From NCBI GenBank assembly GCA_963727445.1, contig CAVSGI010000012.1, positions 32,001 to 96,000 of the forward strand: 64,000 nt of DNA, written 5' to 3'. Under the pieces are notes generated by a model. The model saw nothing but the letters and a program-made list of their open reading frames with translations, was not told the DNA's origin and did no database searches. The stretch is from an uncultured delta proteobacterium. GTDB taxonomy: Bacteria > Myxococcota_A > Polyangia > Polyangiales > B10-G4. The position numbers were made by a program, and so were the translations under genes. Shown piece after piece: positions 51,360 through 61,545 of the stretch; the first letter of the stretch is position 1, and each line of letters begins with the position of its first letter.

Positions 51360-52186
51360 ACCTCGACGCCGATCTCGAGCTCGAAAAGGGTGCGGGCTAC
51401 GCGCGCGCTCGGGCGATCGACCGGCGGATGCAGTCGCTCGTTCCGCGTGTCCGTCCGCGGCTCTTGAACGATGACGACTTTCTGGTGGCGGAGGGCGACG
51501 CCACGGGGCTCGAAGGCCATGCGTTCTGCATGACGCCTTCCGCGCGGCGCGCGCTCGAGGAGGCGGGCGCCGTCCCGACGCCTGCGCCACCCGTCGAGGT
51601 GATCCGCCACGTCAACCATCGGCGCTTCTGTGCCGAGCTCGGTCAGACCCTCGACGGCGCGATCTTCGCGACCCACGAGGACGAGGTCGAGGACGCCCTC
51701 GCGCGCATGGACTCGCCCCTCGGCGTCCTCCTCAAGCGCCCCTTCGGCTTCGCCGGGCGCGGCCAGCGCCGCGTCGGCCAGGTGCTGACCGACGAGGACC
51801 GCGCCTGGCTCGCCGCTACGCCGATGCACGAAGGCGTGCAGGTCGAGCCGCGCGTCGAGCTGCTCGTCGAGACCTCCGTGCACGCCTGGCTCCAACCAGA
51901 CGGAGCGATCCGCCACGGCGACCTCGTGATCCAGAGCTGCGAGGCTGGCGCTTGGCAGAGCTCCCGCGCCCCGCACCCCGGCGAGCTCACGGGCCCCTAC
52001 AGAGACGAAGCCCTTGCCGAGCTGCATCGCGTCGGCCGAGCGCTCGCCGCCGCCGGCTACTTCGGTCCTTTCGGGGTCGATGGCTTCGTGTACAGGGACG
52101 AACGCGGAGAGACGCGTCATCAGCTACGCAGCGAGATCAACGCCCGGCATACGATGGGCTGGAGTCTCGACGTGGGGTCGGGCTGA
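51335..52186 (+). CDS. Hypothetical ATP-grasp-like protein
   Basis: LLKRPFGFAGRG; VQVEP; GYFGPFGVDGF; EINAR.TMG; overlaps the DUF455 gene. Confidence 0.65.
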   Translation: MAARAWVLNLDADLELEKGAGYARARAIDRRMQSLVPRVRPRLLNDDDFLVAEGDATGLEGHAFCMTPSARRALEEAGAVPTPAPPVEVIRHVNHRRFCAELGQTLDGAIFATHEDEVEDALARMDSPLGVLLKRPFGFAGRGQRRVGQVLTDEDRAWLAATPMHEGVQVEPRVELLVETSVHAWLQPDGAIRHGDLVIQSCEAGAWQSSRAPHPGELTGPYRDEALAELHRVGRALAAAGYFGPFGVDGFVYRDERGETRHQLRSEINARHTMGWSLDVGSG

Positions 52187-52242
52187 CGATCCCCGCCCGA
52201 TTCGACGTCGCCGAAGTCAGCCCGGACGGCTACGATCGACGG

Positions 52243-52923
52243 ATGCGTCGATCTCGATGCAGAAGATGGCTCGTGATCGCGGCGTGCGCGCTCGTCGTCA
52301 CGAGCGCCTGCAGCGACGAAGCGCCCGCGAAGGACGCCGAGGTCAGCGACGCTGGTGACAGCGGCCGTGGGGACGCGGACGCGCGTGTGGCGGATGCGAG
52401 CGCACGAGACGGGAGCACGCCACCGATGGACGCACGGGTGGACGGCTCCGATGCAGCTCCCGACGCGCGGACCGACGCCTCTGTCGACGCCTGGATGGAC
52501 GCTGAGTTCGATGCGCCGGCCGATGCGCCGGCCGACGCGCCGGCCGACGCGCCGGCCGACGCGCTCGGCGCGGACGGCGCCACGGCGGACGCGGCCATCG
52601 ACGCCGCCCTGCCGTGCCCGACCCTCGATGCACTCACGGCCATGCCTGGCGACGACATCGGGGGAGACACGTGGACGACCTATGCGCGCGGGTTCTTCGC
52701 CACCTACTGCACGCGTTGTCACTCCTCGACGCGGATCACCGACGCGGATCGCATGGGCGCTCCCGCGGGCCTCGACTGGGACGTCGAATCCGCCGTGCGG
52801 GCCGAGCTCGTCCGCATTCGCTGGGACGTGGGTGTCGGCGAGCGGATGCCGCCGGACGCCCCGCTGCCCACCTGTGAGGAGCGCCTGCGCATCGTGCGTT
52901 GGATCGACGCGGGCGCGCCCTGA
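52243..52923 (+). CDS. Monoheme cytochrome c lipoprotein
   Basis: TSACS lipobox; (DAPA)n linker; FFATYCTRCHS; MPP...ER..I.RWIDAGAP. Confidence 0.8.
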   Translation: MRRSRCRRWLVIAACALVVTSACSDEAPAKDAEVSDAGDSGRGDADARVADASARDGSTPPMDARVDGSDAAPDARTDASVDAWMDAEFDAPADAPADAPADAPADALGADGATADAAIDAALPCPTLDALTAMPGDDIGGDTWTTYARGFFATYCTRCHSSTRITDADRMGAPAGLDWDVESAVRAELVRIRWDVGVGERMPPDAPLPTCEERLRIVRWIDAGAP

Positions 52924-53030
52924 GCCCGCGGACCCGCGAAAGAGATGCGTCTCCGGGTGGCTGCGCGCGCCATGGCGCGGAATTGCGTCGCCTGGTGGCC
53001 GAATGCGGATTCGGCCCTACATCACGCCAC

Positions 53031-53624
53031 GTGAGCGAGAGTAAGAACTTCGGGACGGCGATGATCCACCTCTACCGAGGTGAGCTCGGGCGCCTCACGA
53101 TCTACCGCGTACGACTCGACAAGACGACGAACTGGGCGCTCGGCGCGAGCCTCGCGCTCGTCTCCTACGTCTTCGGCGAGGCGCGGGCGCCGCACTACAT
53201 CCTCTTCCTCGGACTCTTCCTGACTCTGATCTTCGCGTGGCTCGAAGCCCGCCGATTCCAGGACCTGGTGATGGTTCGAAAGCGCGTCCGGGCACTCGAG
53301 GCCGGGTTCTTCTCGAAGATGCTCGAGGAGGAGGCCAACCCCACCTGGAAGGCCGAGCTCCGGCGAAGCCTGTCCGCCCCCACCCCTCCGATCACGCTGC
53401 TGCAGGCGCTCTCGGTCCGCATTCGGCGGAACTACCTCTGGCTCATCGCCGCGCTCTGGCTCGCGTGGTTCGCCAAGGTCGGCTTTTCCTCCGCGCCGTT
53501 CATGGAAGCCGCCCGCATCGGCCCGGTCTCCGGCGTGGTGGTCGTGATCGTCTCCGTCGTTCTCTTCGCCCCCTGGTTCGTCGTGGCGACGCTCTACCAC
53601 GAGCACGAGCACGACCGCGGCTGA
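53031..53624 (+). CDS. DUF2270 integral membrane protein
   Basis: AMIHLYRGEL.R...YR.RLDKTTNWA; EARRF; RIRRNY.W. Confidence 0.85.
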   Translation: MSESKNFGTAMIHLYRGELGRLTIYRVRLDKTTNWALGASLALVSYVFGEARAPHYILFLGLFLTLIFAWLEARRFQDLVMVRKRVRALEAGFFSKMLEEEANPTWKAELRRSLSAPTPPITLLQALSVRIRRNYLWLIAALWLAWFAKVGFSSAPFMEAARIGPVSGVVVVIVSVVLFAPWFVVATLYHEHEHDRG

Positions 53625-53759
53625 GCGCCGGTTGCGTCGCCCGCCATGGCGCCAAGCGCGCCCCCGCGCGCCCATCTCGCATTCCAGGGGCAGCCGACCT
53701 ACCATGCCGGCGCGCGCGCCCGAGGTTGGGGGAGCAGCGGTGACCGACAAGATCGATCC

Positions 53760-55496
53760 ATGCCCGAAACCTGGACCTCGCGCTGGCTGACGGACGCGGC
53801 CGACCCCTTCCTGGTGCTGGCGACGGTGCTGCTGGTCGGTGTCACCTTCGGCGCAATCGCCAAGCGCGTGCGCCTGCCGGCCGTCACCGGTCAGATCGTG
53901 GCCGGGATCGCCATCGGTCGCATGGGGATCCAGCTGTTCCCGGCCGAGGCGGTCTCTGCGATGTACCCGATGACCCAGTTCGCGCTCGGGCTGATGGCGG
54001 TCACCGTGGGTGCGCACCTCAACGTGCGGCGCCTCCGCCACGCTGGCCGGCGGCTCGCCCTCCTCCTCGCGCTCGAGGTGCTGCTGGTCCCGGCCTTCGT
54101 CTTCGCATCCGTCATCTTCTTCCCCGACTTCGACTGGAGCTTCGCGCTCCTCTTGGGGATGCTCGCCATCTCCACCGCGCCGGCGACCATCGTCGCCCTG
54201 GTCAAAGAGACGCGCGCCAAGGGAGTCCTGGTCAAGACGCTCATCGCCGGCGTGGCCCTCGACAACATCGCATGCATCTTTCTCTTCGAGGTCGCGCGCG
54301 CGATCCTCCACACCCACCTCGAGCCCAACGGCGCCGTCGACGCCGCGGGCATCGCCCTGGCCTTCCTGCAGCTCGGGGAGGCGGCGTTCACCGGCGCGGT
54401 GGCGGCCTTCGTCATGGTGATCGTGGGCCGCCTCGTGCAGCGCCACGAGCTGCTCTCGACAGCGGGCCTGCTCGCGATCCTCCTCTGCGTCGGGCTCTCC
54501 AACCACTTGGGCTACTCGGCGATGCTCTCGTGCCTCTTTCTCGGCCTCACGCAGGCGAACGTCACGCGGAGTCGTGACCAGGTCGTCGATGCGCTCTTCA
54601 CGAGCTTCGAGCCGGCCATCCTCGCGGTCTTCTTCACCCTCGCCGGCATGGAGCTCTCGCTCGATCACGCGGCGAGGGCGGGGTTGATGGCCGTGGCGTT
54701 CTTCGGTGCGCGCATGTCCGCCAAGGTCCTCGCCGGCCGCCTCTCCATGCGGCTCGGCGGTGCGCCGGACCGGGTGCGCCAGAACCTCGGCTTGGCGATG
54801 GTGCCGCAGGCGGGGATCGCCGTCGGCCTGGTGCTGGTGCTCGGCGAGGATCGCCGGATCACCGAGTTGGCCGGAGATACGGTGGAGCTCTTCGTGGCCG
54901 CGGTGCTGACGGGGGTGGTCCTCAACGAGCTCTTCGGTCCCCTGCTCACGCGCCTCGCCCTCGGGCGCTCCGGAGAGACGGGTCACGACCGGCTCCGGTT
55001 GATGGACTTCATTCACGAAGAGAACATCATCACCGACTTCCGTCCCTCCTCGCCGCGCGAGGCGATCGAGCAGCTCACCGACTTGATGATCAGCTCTCAC
55101 CACTTGCCGTCCGAGTCTCGCGACGCCCTGTTGACGGCGTTCCTCGAGCGCGAAGAGTCCGAGTCGACGGCGCTCGGCGGCGGAATCGCCGTCCCGCACG
55201 GCGAGCTGCCCGACGCCACCACGACGGTGGGCGTGATGGGCATCAGCGAGGAAGGGCTGCCCTTCGAGTCTCCCGACGGGCGCCCGGTCCATTGCGTCCT
55301 GTTGCTCGCGTTCCCGCCGACCGAGCGCACGCGACACCTGCAGATCCTCGCCATGCTCGCACGTACGATCGGCAGCGACCCGATCATCCAGGCGCAGCTC
55401 TTTCATGCCCGCAGCCCGGCGCACGCCTACGAGGTGCTGCATCACGAGCACGCCGAGGATTTCAACTACTTCATCGACGAGGACGAAGAGAGCTGA
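53760..55496 (+). CDS. Cation:proton antiporter fused to PTS IIA-like domain
   Basis: About 12 TM helices; STAPAT; ALDNI; PQAGIAVGL; C-terminal ERE..STALGGGIAVPHG. Confidence 0.9.
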   Translation: MPETWTSRWLTDAADPFLVLATVLLVGVTFGAIAKRVRLPAVTGQIVAGIAIGRMGIQLFPAEAVSAMYPMTQFALGLMAVTVGAHLNVRRLRHAGRRLALLLALEVLLVPAFVFASVIFFPDFDWSFALLLGMLAISTAPATIVALVKETRAKGVLVKTLIAGVALDNIACIFLFEVARAILHTHLEPNGAVDAAGIALAFLQLGEAAFTGAVAAFVMVIVGRLVQRHELLSTAGLLAILLCVGLSNHLGYSAMLSCLFLGLTQANVTRSRDQVVDALFTSFEPAILAVFFTLAGMELSLDHAARAGLMAVAFFGARMSAKVLAGRLSMRLGGAPDRVRQNLGLAMVPQAGIAVGLVLVLGEDRRITELAGDTVELFVAAVLTGVVLNELFGPLLTRLALGRSGETGHDRLRLMDFIHEENIITDFRPSSPREAIEQLTDLMISSHHLPSESRDALLTAFLEREESESTALGGGIAVPHGELPDATTTVGVMGISEEGLPFESPDGRPVHCVLLLAFPPTERTRHLQILAMLARTIGSDPIIQAQLFHARSPAHAYEVLHHEHAEDFNYFIDEDEES

Positions 55497-56823
55497 CCCG
55501 GCCGACGAAGAGGATCGCCCCGCTCGTCGTGTCGCGGATGAAGAAGAGGAAGGGGTGGTCCGCGCGAAAGACGGCGGGCTCGGAAGGACGCGCACCACGG
55601 GTGGCCATGACCACGGCGGTCGCGGCCGCGGCCTCGGTGCCCTCTTCGTCGACCTTCACGAAGGCTTCGTGGAAACAGTCGCTGATGTAGAGCTCATCGG
55701 CGGCGTCGGGCGGAGCGGCCATGCCCGTGAAGTCGGCGCGGTCCCGGTCGAAGGGCAGCTCCATGCCCATGGCGATCAGCGCGTCCTTCAGCGGGATGCG
55801 CGCGTTCGAGAGCTCGAAGCGCGGAAGGAAGACCTGCGTGCGCTGGACCGAAGTGGCCGCGAGCCACCCGTCGAGACGCTCCTGGCTCAGCGCGCTCTCG
55901 ATGGCTGTGAGGCCGTTCCGCTCGCGCGGCAGCACCACGGTCATCGCCAGCTCGTCGCCCACGTAGGGCATCTGCAGGACCTGCACCCCGTCGGCCTCGC
56001 CATAGGCGAAGGACTCCGTCTGCTGCATGGTCGCGACCTCGGTCGTGGCGCCGTCGCTCGCGTAGAAAGGCTGCTGCGAGGTCGCGGCCGCGTCGAAGGC
56101 GTGATCCCATTTGCCGAGGAAATACACCGCGTTGACCAGGACCAGGCGTGTGAGGTCGTCGATCGACCCGGTTGGGAGAAGGTCCTCGATGCGGTCGTTG
56201 GTCTGCTCCATGACCCAGCCGTTGATGTGCTCGCGCTGCGCCTCCGGGTCGCTCACGAAGCTCACGCCCTGTAAGGGTGCCCGGTAGCGGTCGCGGGTGA
56301 GGGCGACGAACTCGGGGACGAAGGTGTAGCTCTCCTCGCCGAAGAGGCGATTGACCACGCGGAGCTCGTAGGTCTCGCGCTCCGGATCGTTCCAGCTGGC
56401 CAGGATTCGGCTCGCCGACTCGTGGACCGCGTTGGCGTCGTCCGGCAGGCGCAGGACGTCCTTCATCTGCGTCGCGGTCTCCCCGCGCGCGCCCGCATAG
56501 GTCATCGCGAAGGCGAGTGAGATGCTCGCCGGCGAATAGGCGAGGTTGCCTTCTTCACCCCGAACCTTCTGATAGAGGTCGAAGGCGAACGCGTTGCTCG
56601 AGGCCGCGAAGCCCTGGAGCTGCTCCGCGGAGGGCGCGGCGATGGCCGTCGCAGGCCCTTCTTCGGCGGGGCCGGGCTCGGCCTCGGCGGGCTCCGCCTC
56701 GGTCTCGGCGGAGATCGTCTCGGGCGGCGGCGTTTCGCTGGCCGCACTGCCGCAGCTCGAGCACCCGACCGAGAGGAGGAGGGCGGGGAGGGCGAGGTGA
56801 ATCAGGCGCACGAGTTTCTCCAT
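55471..56823 (-). CDS. Serpin (lipoprotein)
   Basis: SPASISLA; LVLVNAVYFLGKW; VDEEGTEAAAATAV hinge; FRADHPFLFFIRD..SGAILFVGRV. Confidence 0.95.
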   Translation of the reverse strand: MEKLVRLIHLALPALLLSVGCSSCGSAASETPPPETISAETEAEPAEAEPGPAEEGPATAIAAPSAEQLQGFAASSNAFAFDLYQKVRGEEGNLAYSPASISLAFAMTYAGARGETATQMKDVLRLPDDANAVHESASRILASWNDPERETYELRVVNRLFGEESYTFVPEFVALTRDRYRAPLQGVSFVSDPEAQREHINGWVMEQTNDRIEDLLPTGSIDDLTRLVLVNAVYFLGKWDHAFDAAATSQQPFYASDGATTEVATMQQTESFAYGEADGVQVLQMPYVGDELAMTVVLPRERNGLTAIESALSQERLDGWLAATSVQRTQVFLPRFELSNARIPLKDALIAMGMELPFDRDRADFTGMAAPPDAADELYISDCFHEAFVKVDEEGTEAAAATAVVMATRGARPSEPAVFRADHPFLFFIRDTTSGAILFVGRVSSLRPRR

Positions 56824-56923
56824 TGTCTCATGAGACGGACGAGCTGCGAATACGACCTATCGCAATCCCGCGGCTTTGGGTACTCGGCGGCCCGCGGTGC
56901 CGGATCGCCGCGCGCATCGCACG

Positions 56924-58807
56924 TCACAATCCGAGACCGGCCGCTGGCTCCGGAACCGGGAGGCTCGTCGAGTCGAGGTTGCTGCCGTTGTCACGGTACA
57001 GGACGCCGTCGGTCAGTCGGGTGAGGTCGTAGTCTGCGACCTGAACGCACGCGCCGAGGTCGTTGTCGGTGATCTCGCCGGCTTCGAGGTCGAGGTCGGA
57101 TGCCTCGGCCACGTGCACGCCGCAGACCGGCGACCCACGGACGACGAAGCTGCGTACGACGACGGCGCTCGACTCGTACGCACCGATCCCAGCGGCGACG
57201 GAAACGGTGCAGTCGGTCCCAGCACACGAAGGCTCGAGGTCGCTCACCTCGACCTCGGACACCGTGACGCGCGTTCCCGAGCCGAAGCCGGCGATACCGA
57301 GCTCGCCCACGTGGGTGACCCGGACGCGCGTGAGCTCCACGATGCTGTTCGACTCGGCCCCGATCCCGCGAGCGATGTCGCCTCTGAGGTCGTCCCCCCG
57401 GGTGTCCTGCACGACCACGTCTTCACCGCTGACCATCGACCCGAGCGCCTGAAGGCCGACCTCGCGGTTGTGTTCGGAGAGCACGCGCGTCAACGTGAGC
57501 GTCGCACCCCCCTGCGCCTGGATGCCTCGTCCGTTGCTCCCGTTTGGGCGCCCGCTCGCGTCGCGCGCGACGACGTCCTCGAGTGAGAGTGTCGCCGCTT
57601 CGACCAGTACGTTCGCCTCGGCGTTCTCCGTGAGGAGGACCCGTCGCGCTTCGCAGGTCGCCCCTTCTTCGAGGCCCAGCCCGAATCCGGTGGTTTCGTC
57701 GTCCTCGTAGACCTGCGTTCCCTGGATGACCGAATCTTCGACGACGATCCGTGACCCCTCGTCGAAGGCGCCGAGCCCGGCGCCGCGGTTGTTCGACACG
57801 ACCGAGCGGCGCACCTCCGCCGTTCCAGCGGACTGCACCAGGATGCCCTCCCCGAAGGACCCATCGGCCATCTGGGGCAACGTGCCCTCGAGCAACGAGT
57901 CCTCGAGCGTCAGAGCGCTGTCCTCGCCGACGAAGATGGCCTCCGAGCGCGCACCCTCGAAGACAGCGCGCACGATGTTCGCCGTGCCGCCGTACTCGAG
58001 GTCGACGCCCCGCCCGAAGCGCCCGTCCGTGCGCGAGCGCATCCCTCGAACGATGAGGTCCTGGGCTTCGAGGTGCGCCCCTTCGATCACGCCGATCCCC
58101 GTGAACCGAACGCTCTCGATGAGCACCGAGTCGACGTGGAGCGTCGTCGCAGCCTGCTGGCCCAGGATCGCGCTTCCTTCGGCGTCACGAATCGAGAGGT
58201 TCGCGACCGTCACCTCAGCGCCGTCGACGCTCAGGACCGGAACGTCGTTGGCGGTGTTGGTGAGCACCGTCCGCTCCGGACAGACGCCCCGCAAGGTGAG
58301 CTGTCGCAGCGGCGCGACGGCCTCGTCGTAGGTGCCCGGCCCGACGAGGATGGTGGCGTCGAAGGCCGCCGCTCGGACGGCCTCGCGGATCGAGCCGTAG
58401 GGAGCGGCACGGCTTCCGTCGCCCCCGGTGGCGCCAGCGAGAACGAAGATCGCGTCGGCGGGTGCGTCGTCCGGGAAGTCGCCGGTGGGGCAGGGCGTCC
58501 CGATCGCCCGACAACCCGGCTCACCCGGGAAGTGCGCCTCCACCCCCGTGCATTCCGCCCGTCCGGTCTCCGGCCACGGCGAGCAGGTGGTCGCCGACTC
58601 GCTGGTCTCCTCGCGCCAGCCCGGCTGACACGGGGTGAGCACCGGCGGCGCCGGTGACTCGGGAACGACTTCGCTCGTCGCGTCCGGCGGCCCTGCATCC
58701 GGCATCGCACCGTCGGTTTCGATCGCGTCGTCCCCACACCCTGCCCACACGAGGACGAGCGTCAGGATCGACGCATTCGACCATCGAAGACGCTGGCAGC
58801 ACCCCAC
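56924..58807 (-). CDS. Parallel beta-helix repeat lipoprotein (paralog of 33946-36222)
   Basis: WAGCG lipobox; EAHFPGEPGCR.IG.PCP.GD; GGDGSRAAPY; C-terminal GACVQV..YDL.RL...V.Y.DNGSNLD.TSLP. Start approximate. Confidence 0.8.
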   Translation of the reverse strand: MGCCQRLRWSNASILTLVLVWAGCGDDAIETDGAMPDAGPPDATSEVVPESPAPPVLTPCQPGWREETSESATTCSPWPETGRAECTGVEAHFPGEPGCRAIGTPCPTGDFPDDAPADAIFVLAGATGGDGSRAAPYGSIREAVRAAAFDATILVGPGTYDEAVAPLRQLTLRGVCPERTVLTNTANDVPVLSVDGAEVTVANLSIRDAEGSAILGQQAATTLHVDSVLIESVRFTGIGVIEGAHLEAQDLIVRGMRSRTDGRFGRGVDLEYGGTANIVRAVFEGARSEAIFVGEDSALTLEDSLLEGTLPQMADGSFGEGILVQSAGTAEVRRSVVSNNRGAGLGAFDEGSRIVVEDSVIQGTQVYEDDETTGFGLGLEEGATCEARRVLLTENAEANVLVEAATLSLEDVVARDASGRPNGSNGRGIQAQGGATLTLTRVLSEHNREVGLQALGSMVSGEDVVVQDTRGDDLRGDIARGIGAESNSIVELTRVRVTHVGELGIAGFGSGTRVTVSEVEVSDLEPSCAGTDCTVSVAAGIGAYESSAVVVRSFVVRGSPVCGVHVAEASDLDLEAGEITDNDLGACVQVADYDLTRLTDGVLYRDNGSNLDSTSLPVPEPAAGLGL

Positions 58808-58862
58808 GTGGCGCGATCCTAACACCGCGGCGCCCCGATCTGTTCTAAGCTCGCGCCCGACG

Positions 58863-60023
58863 ATGTCGGCCATTCGCGTCTGCACGGCCACGCTGATGGT
58901 GGCGCTCTTCGCTGTGACCGGTTGCTTCACGAGCCACGACGGCGACGCGCTTCCCTACCTGCCGCCGACCGGTCCATGCGATCCCGAGGCGCCGGCCTAC
59001 GCGCCTCCGCGCTGCACCGGCCCCGGGCGATGCGTCGACATCCTCTTCGTCGTCGACAACCGCGAGTCGATGCTCGAAGAGCAGGTCTCCCTCTTCGACA
59101 CCGTGCCGACGCTGGTCACCGCGCTCTTGAGCGGCGACGTCGATGGCGACGGCACGTTCGACATCACGCCGGTTCACGATCTGCATTTCGCGGCCATCAC
59201 CGCCGACCTCGGCAGCGGCGGGACCTTCGTCGACGGATGCCTCAGCCCCGACTTCGGGGATGACGCAATCCTCGGCCGTGGTCGCACGGGTCGCCTCAGC
59301 GACGTCTGCGGGCTCGACATTCCGCCCTTCCTCGTCTGGACGCCGGGGGACGACCTCGACAGCTATCGCGTCGACGCGGCTTGCTCGGTCACGATGGGCA
59401 TTTTCGGTTGTCCCTACGCCCAACCCCTCGACGCTGCGCTCAAGGCGCTCTCGGAGAGCCGCGCTCCCCCGCGCTTCTATCGAGACTCCTGCGGTCACGC
59501 GGACGGCGCCAACGCCGGCTTCCTCCGCCGAGATTCGGTCCTGGTGGTCTTCCTGGTCAGCGATCACGACGACTGCTCGGTCCAGGACCCCACCTTCTTC
59601 GCGGACGCCTCCGGCCGCATGGAGGACCCGGGCTTGGTCTGTGACGACATGAGCGACCGACTGCACGATCCGCGGCGTTACGTCGACGGGCTCTCCGCGC
59701 TCAGGAGCGACCCCCTCGACCTGATCGTCGTGCCCATCGTGGGCCTGCCGCTCGCGCTCGCGCCACGACCCGGCCAGCCGCCGCACTACGACGAGATCCT
59801 CGCTGACGACGCGATGCAGGTACGTCCCGACCCCCGGGATCCCACGCGCCTCGCCCCCTCCTGCACGGTCGCCGGCCGCGGCCCGTCCTTTCCGCCGCGC
59901 CGGTACCTGCAGATGGCCCAGGCCCTCGACTCACAGGGTGCGGTCGTCCTGCCTCAATCCGTCTGCGCGGACGGGACCGCCGCGGTGGCCAGCACCATCG
60001 AGGCCGTCGCCGACCGGCTCTGA
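58863..60023 (+). CDS. vWA-like lipoprotein
   Basis: VTGC lipobox; VDILFVVDNRESMLEEQ; NAGFLRRDSVL.V.LVSD.DDCS. Confidence 0.8.
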   Translation: MSAIRVCTATLMVALFAVTGCFTSHDGDALPYLPPTGPCDPEAPAYAPPRCTGPGRCVDILFVVDNRESMLEEQVSLFDTVPTLVTALLSGDVDGDGTFDITPVHDLHFAAITADLGSGGTFVDGCLSPDFGDDAILGRGRTGRLSDVCGLDIPPFLVWTPGDDLDSYRVDAACSVTMGIFGCPYAQPLDAALKALSESRAPPRFYRDSCGHADGANAGFLRRDSVLVVFLVSDHDDCSVQDPTFFADASGRMEDPGLVCDDMSDRLHDPRRYVDGLSALRSDPLDLIVVPIVGLPLALAPRPGQPPHYDEILADDAMQVRPDPRDPTRLAPSCTVAGRGPSFPPRRYLQMAQALDSQGAVVLPQSVCADGTAAVASTIEAVADRL

Positions 60024-60066
60024 GATGTTGCGCTCGCCACCTGGCGCGCGCATAACGGGCTCCCCG

Positions 60067-61257
60067 ATGGCTGACGAAGATCGCGACGAGAGCCCCGAGA
60101 GGTTCTCCGACAACGTCGTTCACCTTCGTCACGAAGGCCGTGACATCTACATCGTCGGCACCGCGCACATCTCGAAGAAGAGCGTGGACGAGGTGCGGGA
60201 GGTGATCCGCGCCCTCGAGCCCGACACCGTCTGCGTCGAGCTCGACGAGATGCGCTTGAGCTCTCTCACCGACGCTACCCGCTGGCAGAAGCTCGACATC
60301 TTCCAGGTCATCAAGGAGAAGAAGGTCCTCTTCTTGATGACGAGCCTCGTGCTCTCCGCCTATCAGCGGCGCCTGGGTGATGCGCTGGGCGTCAAACCCG
60401 GTGCAGAGATGCTGGCTGCGGTGGAGGAGGCGGAGAAGATCGACGCCGAGCTCGTGCTCGCCGACCGCGACATCCAGGCGACCCTCAAGCGCACCTGGCG
60501 GAGCCTCTCCTTCTGGAACAAGTCGAAGGTGATCGGCAGCCTGGTCGGAAGCTTCTTCGCCGCCGGCGAGATCTCCGAGGAGCAGATCGAGGAGCTCAAG
60601 GATCGCGACGCCATCTCGGACATGATGAAGGAGTTCGCCAAGCAGCTTCCTCAGGTGCAGCGGCCCCTGATCGACGAGCGCGACAAATACCTCATCGCCT
60701 CCATCCGCGAGGCCCCGGGAAAGACCATCGTCGCCGTGGTGGGCGCGGGTCACGTCGATGGCATGGTGGGTTACATCGACGCCGAGGTCGATCGCGAGGA
60801 GCTGAGCAAGATCCCGCCGCCCTCGAAGATCGCGGACGTGCTCAAGTGGGTCATCCCGCTGATCGTTCTCGCCGCCTTCTACAAGGGCTATCACGATCAT
60901 CAGGAGCAGGGCCTGCGCGAGATGATCTACGCGTGGATCCTCCCCAACTCGGTCGCTGCGGGCGTGCTCGCGGTGGTGGCGTTGGCCAAACCGCTCACCG
61001 TGCTCACCAGCATGATCGCGTCGCCGATCACCTCGCTCAATCCAACCATCCCCGTGGGTGTGGTCACTGGCCTGGTCGAGGCGCATCTGCGCAAGCCGAC
61101 GGTGGCGGACTGCGAGAAGATCCCCGAGGACACCAAGACCTGGCGCGGGATCTACAGAAACCAGTTCACGCGGGTGCTCCTGGTCGCGACGCTGACCACC
61201 ATCGGGTCGGCGGCCGGCGCCTGGATCGGCGCGTACTGGGTGGTTTCGCTCTTGTAG
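60067..61257 (+). CDS. TraB/GumN (pheromone shutdown TraB-like) family protein
   Basis: IVGTAHIS..SV.EV; PDTVCVELD; PGAEM; LIDERD; AVVGAGH; SPITSLNP. Confidence 0.9.
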   Translation: MADEDRDESPERFSDNVVHLRHEGRDIYIVGTAHISKKSVDEVREVIRALEPDTVCVELDEMRLSSLTDATRWQKLDIFQVIKEKKVLFLMTSLVLSAYQRRLGDALGVKPGAEMLAAVEEAEKIDAELVLADRDIQATLKRTWRSLSFWNKSKVIGSLVGSFFAAGEISEEQIEELKDRDAISDMMKEFAKQLPQVQRPLIDERDKYLIASIREAPGKTIVAVVGAGHVDGMVGYIDAEVDREELSKIPPPSKIADVLKWVIPLIVLAAFYKGYHDHQEQGLREMIYAWILPNSVAAGVLAVVALAKPLTVLTSMIASPITSLNPTIPVGVVTGLVEAHLRKPTVADCEKIPEDTKTWRGIYRNQFTRVLLVATLTTIGSAAGAWIGAYWVVSLL

Positions 61258-61269
61258 CCGCGCGGCCGG

Positions 61270-61522
61270 TCAGCCGTCGGCCGCGATCAGCTTCTCGACG
61301 AGCGCCACGTACGCCTGCTTGGCGTCGTCCTGGCTCATCCCCTTGCGCCCGGCCCAGGCGTCGTACTTCGCGCGCCCCTTCACGTCGAGCATGCCTGGAC
61401 GCTTGCCGCTGACGTCCCCTTCGGTGCCCTGCTTGAAGAGTGCGTAGAGCTCGAGCAGCTTGTCGTTGCCCGGGCTCTTGCTCGAGATCCTTCACCTTGA
61501 CCTGCGCTTCGTCGAAATCCAT
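61270..61522 (-). CDS. Acyl-CoA-binding protein (frameshift near 61485, likely error)
   Basis: LLELYALFKQGTEGD...RPGMLDVKGRAKYDAW..KGMS.DDAKQAYV. Confidence 0.88.
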
Positions 61523-61545
61523 CGCTCTCCCCTCGCTCTGGCTTC

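Noticed and set aside
60067..61257. TraB as evidence of conjugation
   Set aside because: This is the TraB/GumN (PrgY-like) family, in housekeeping context with no transfer genes.
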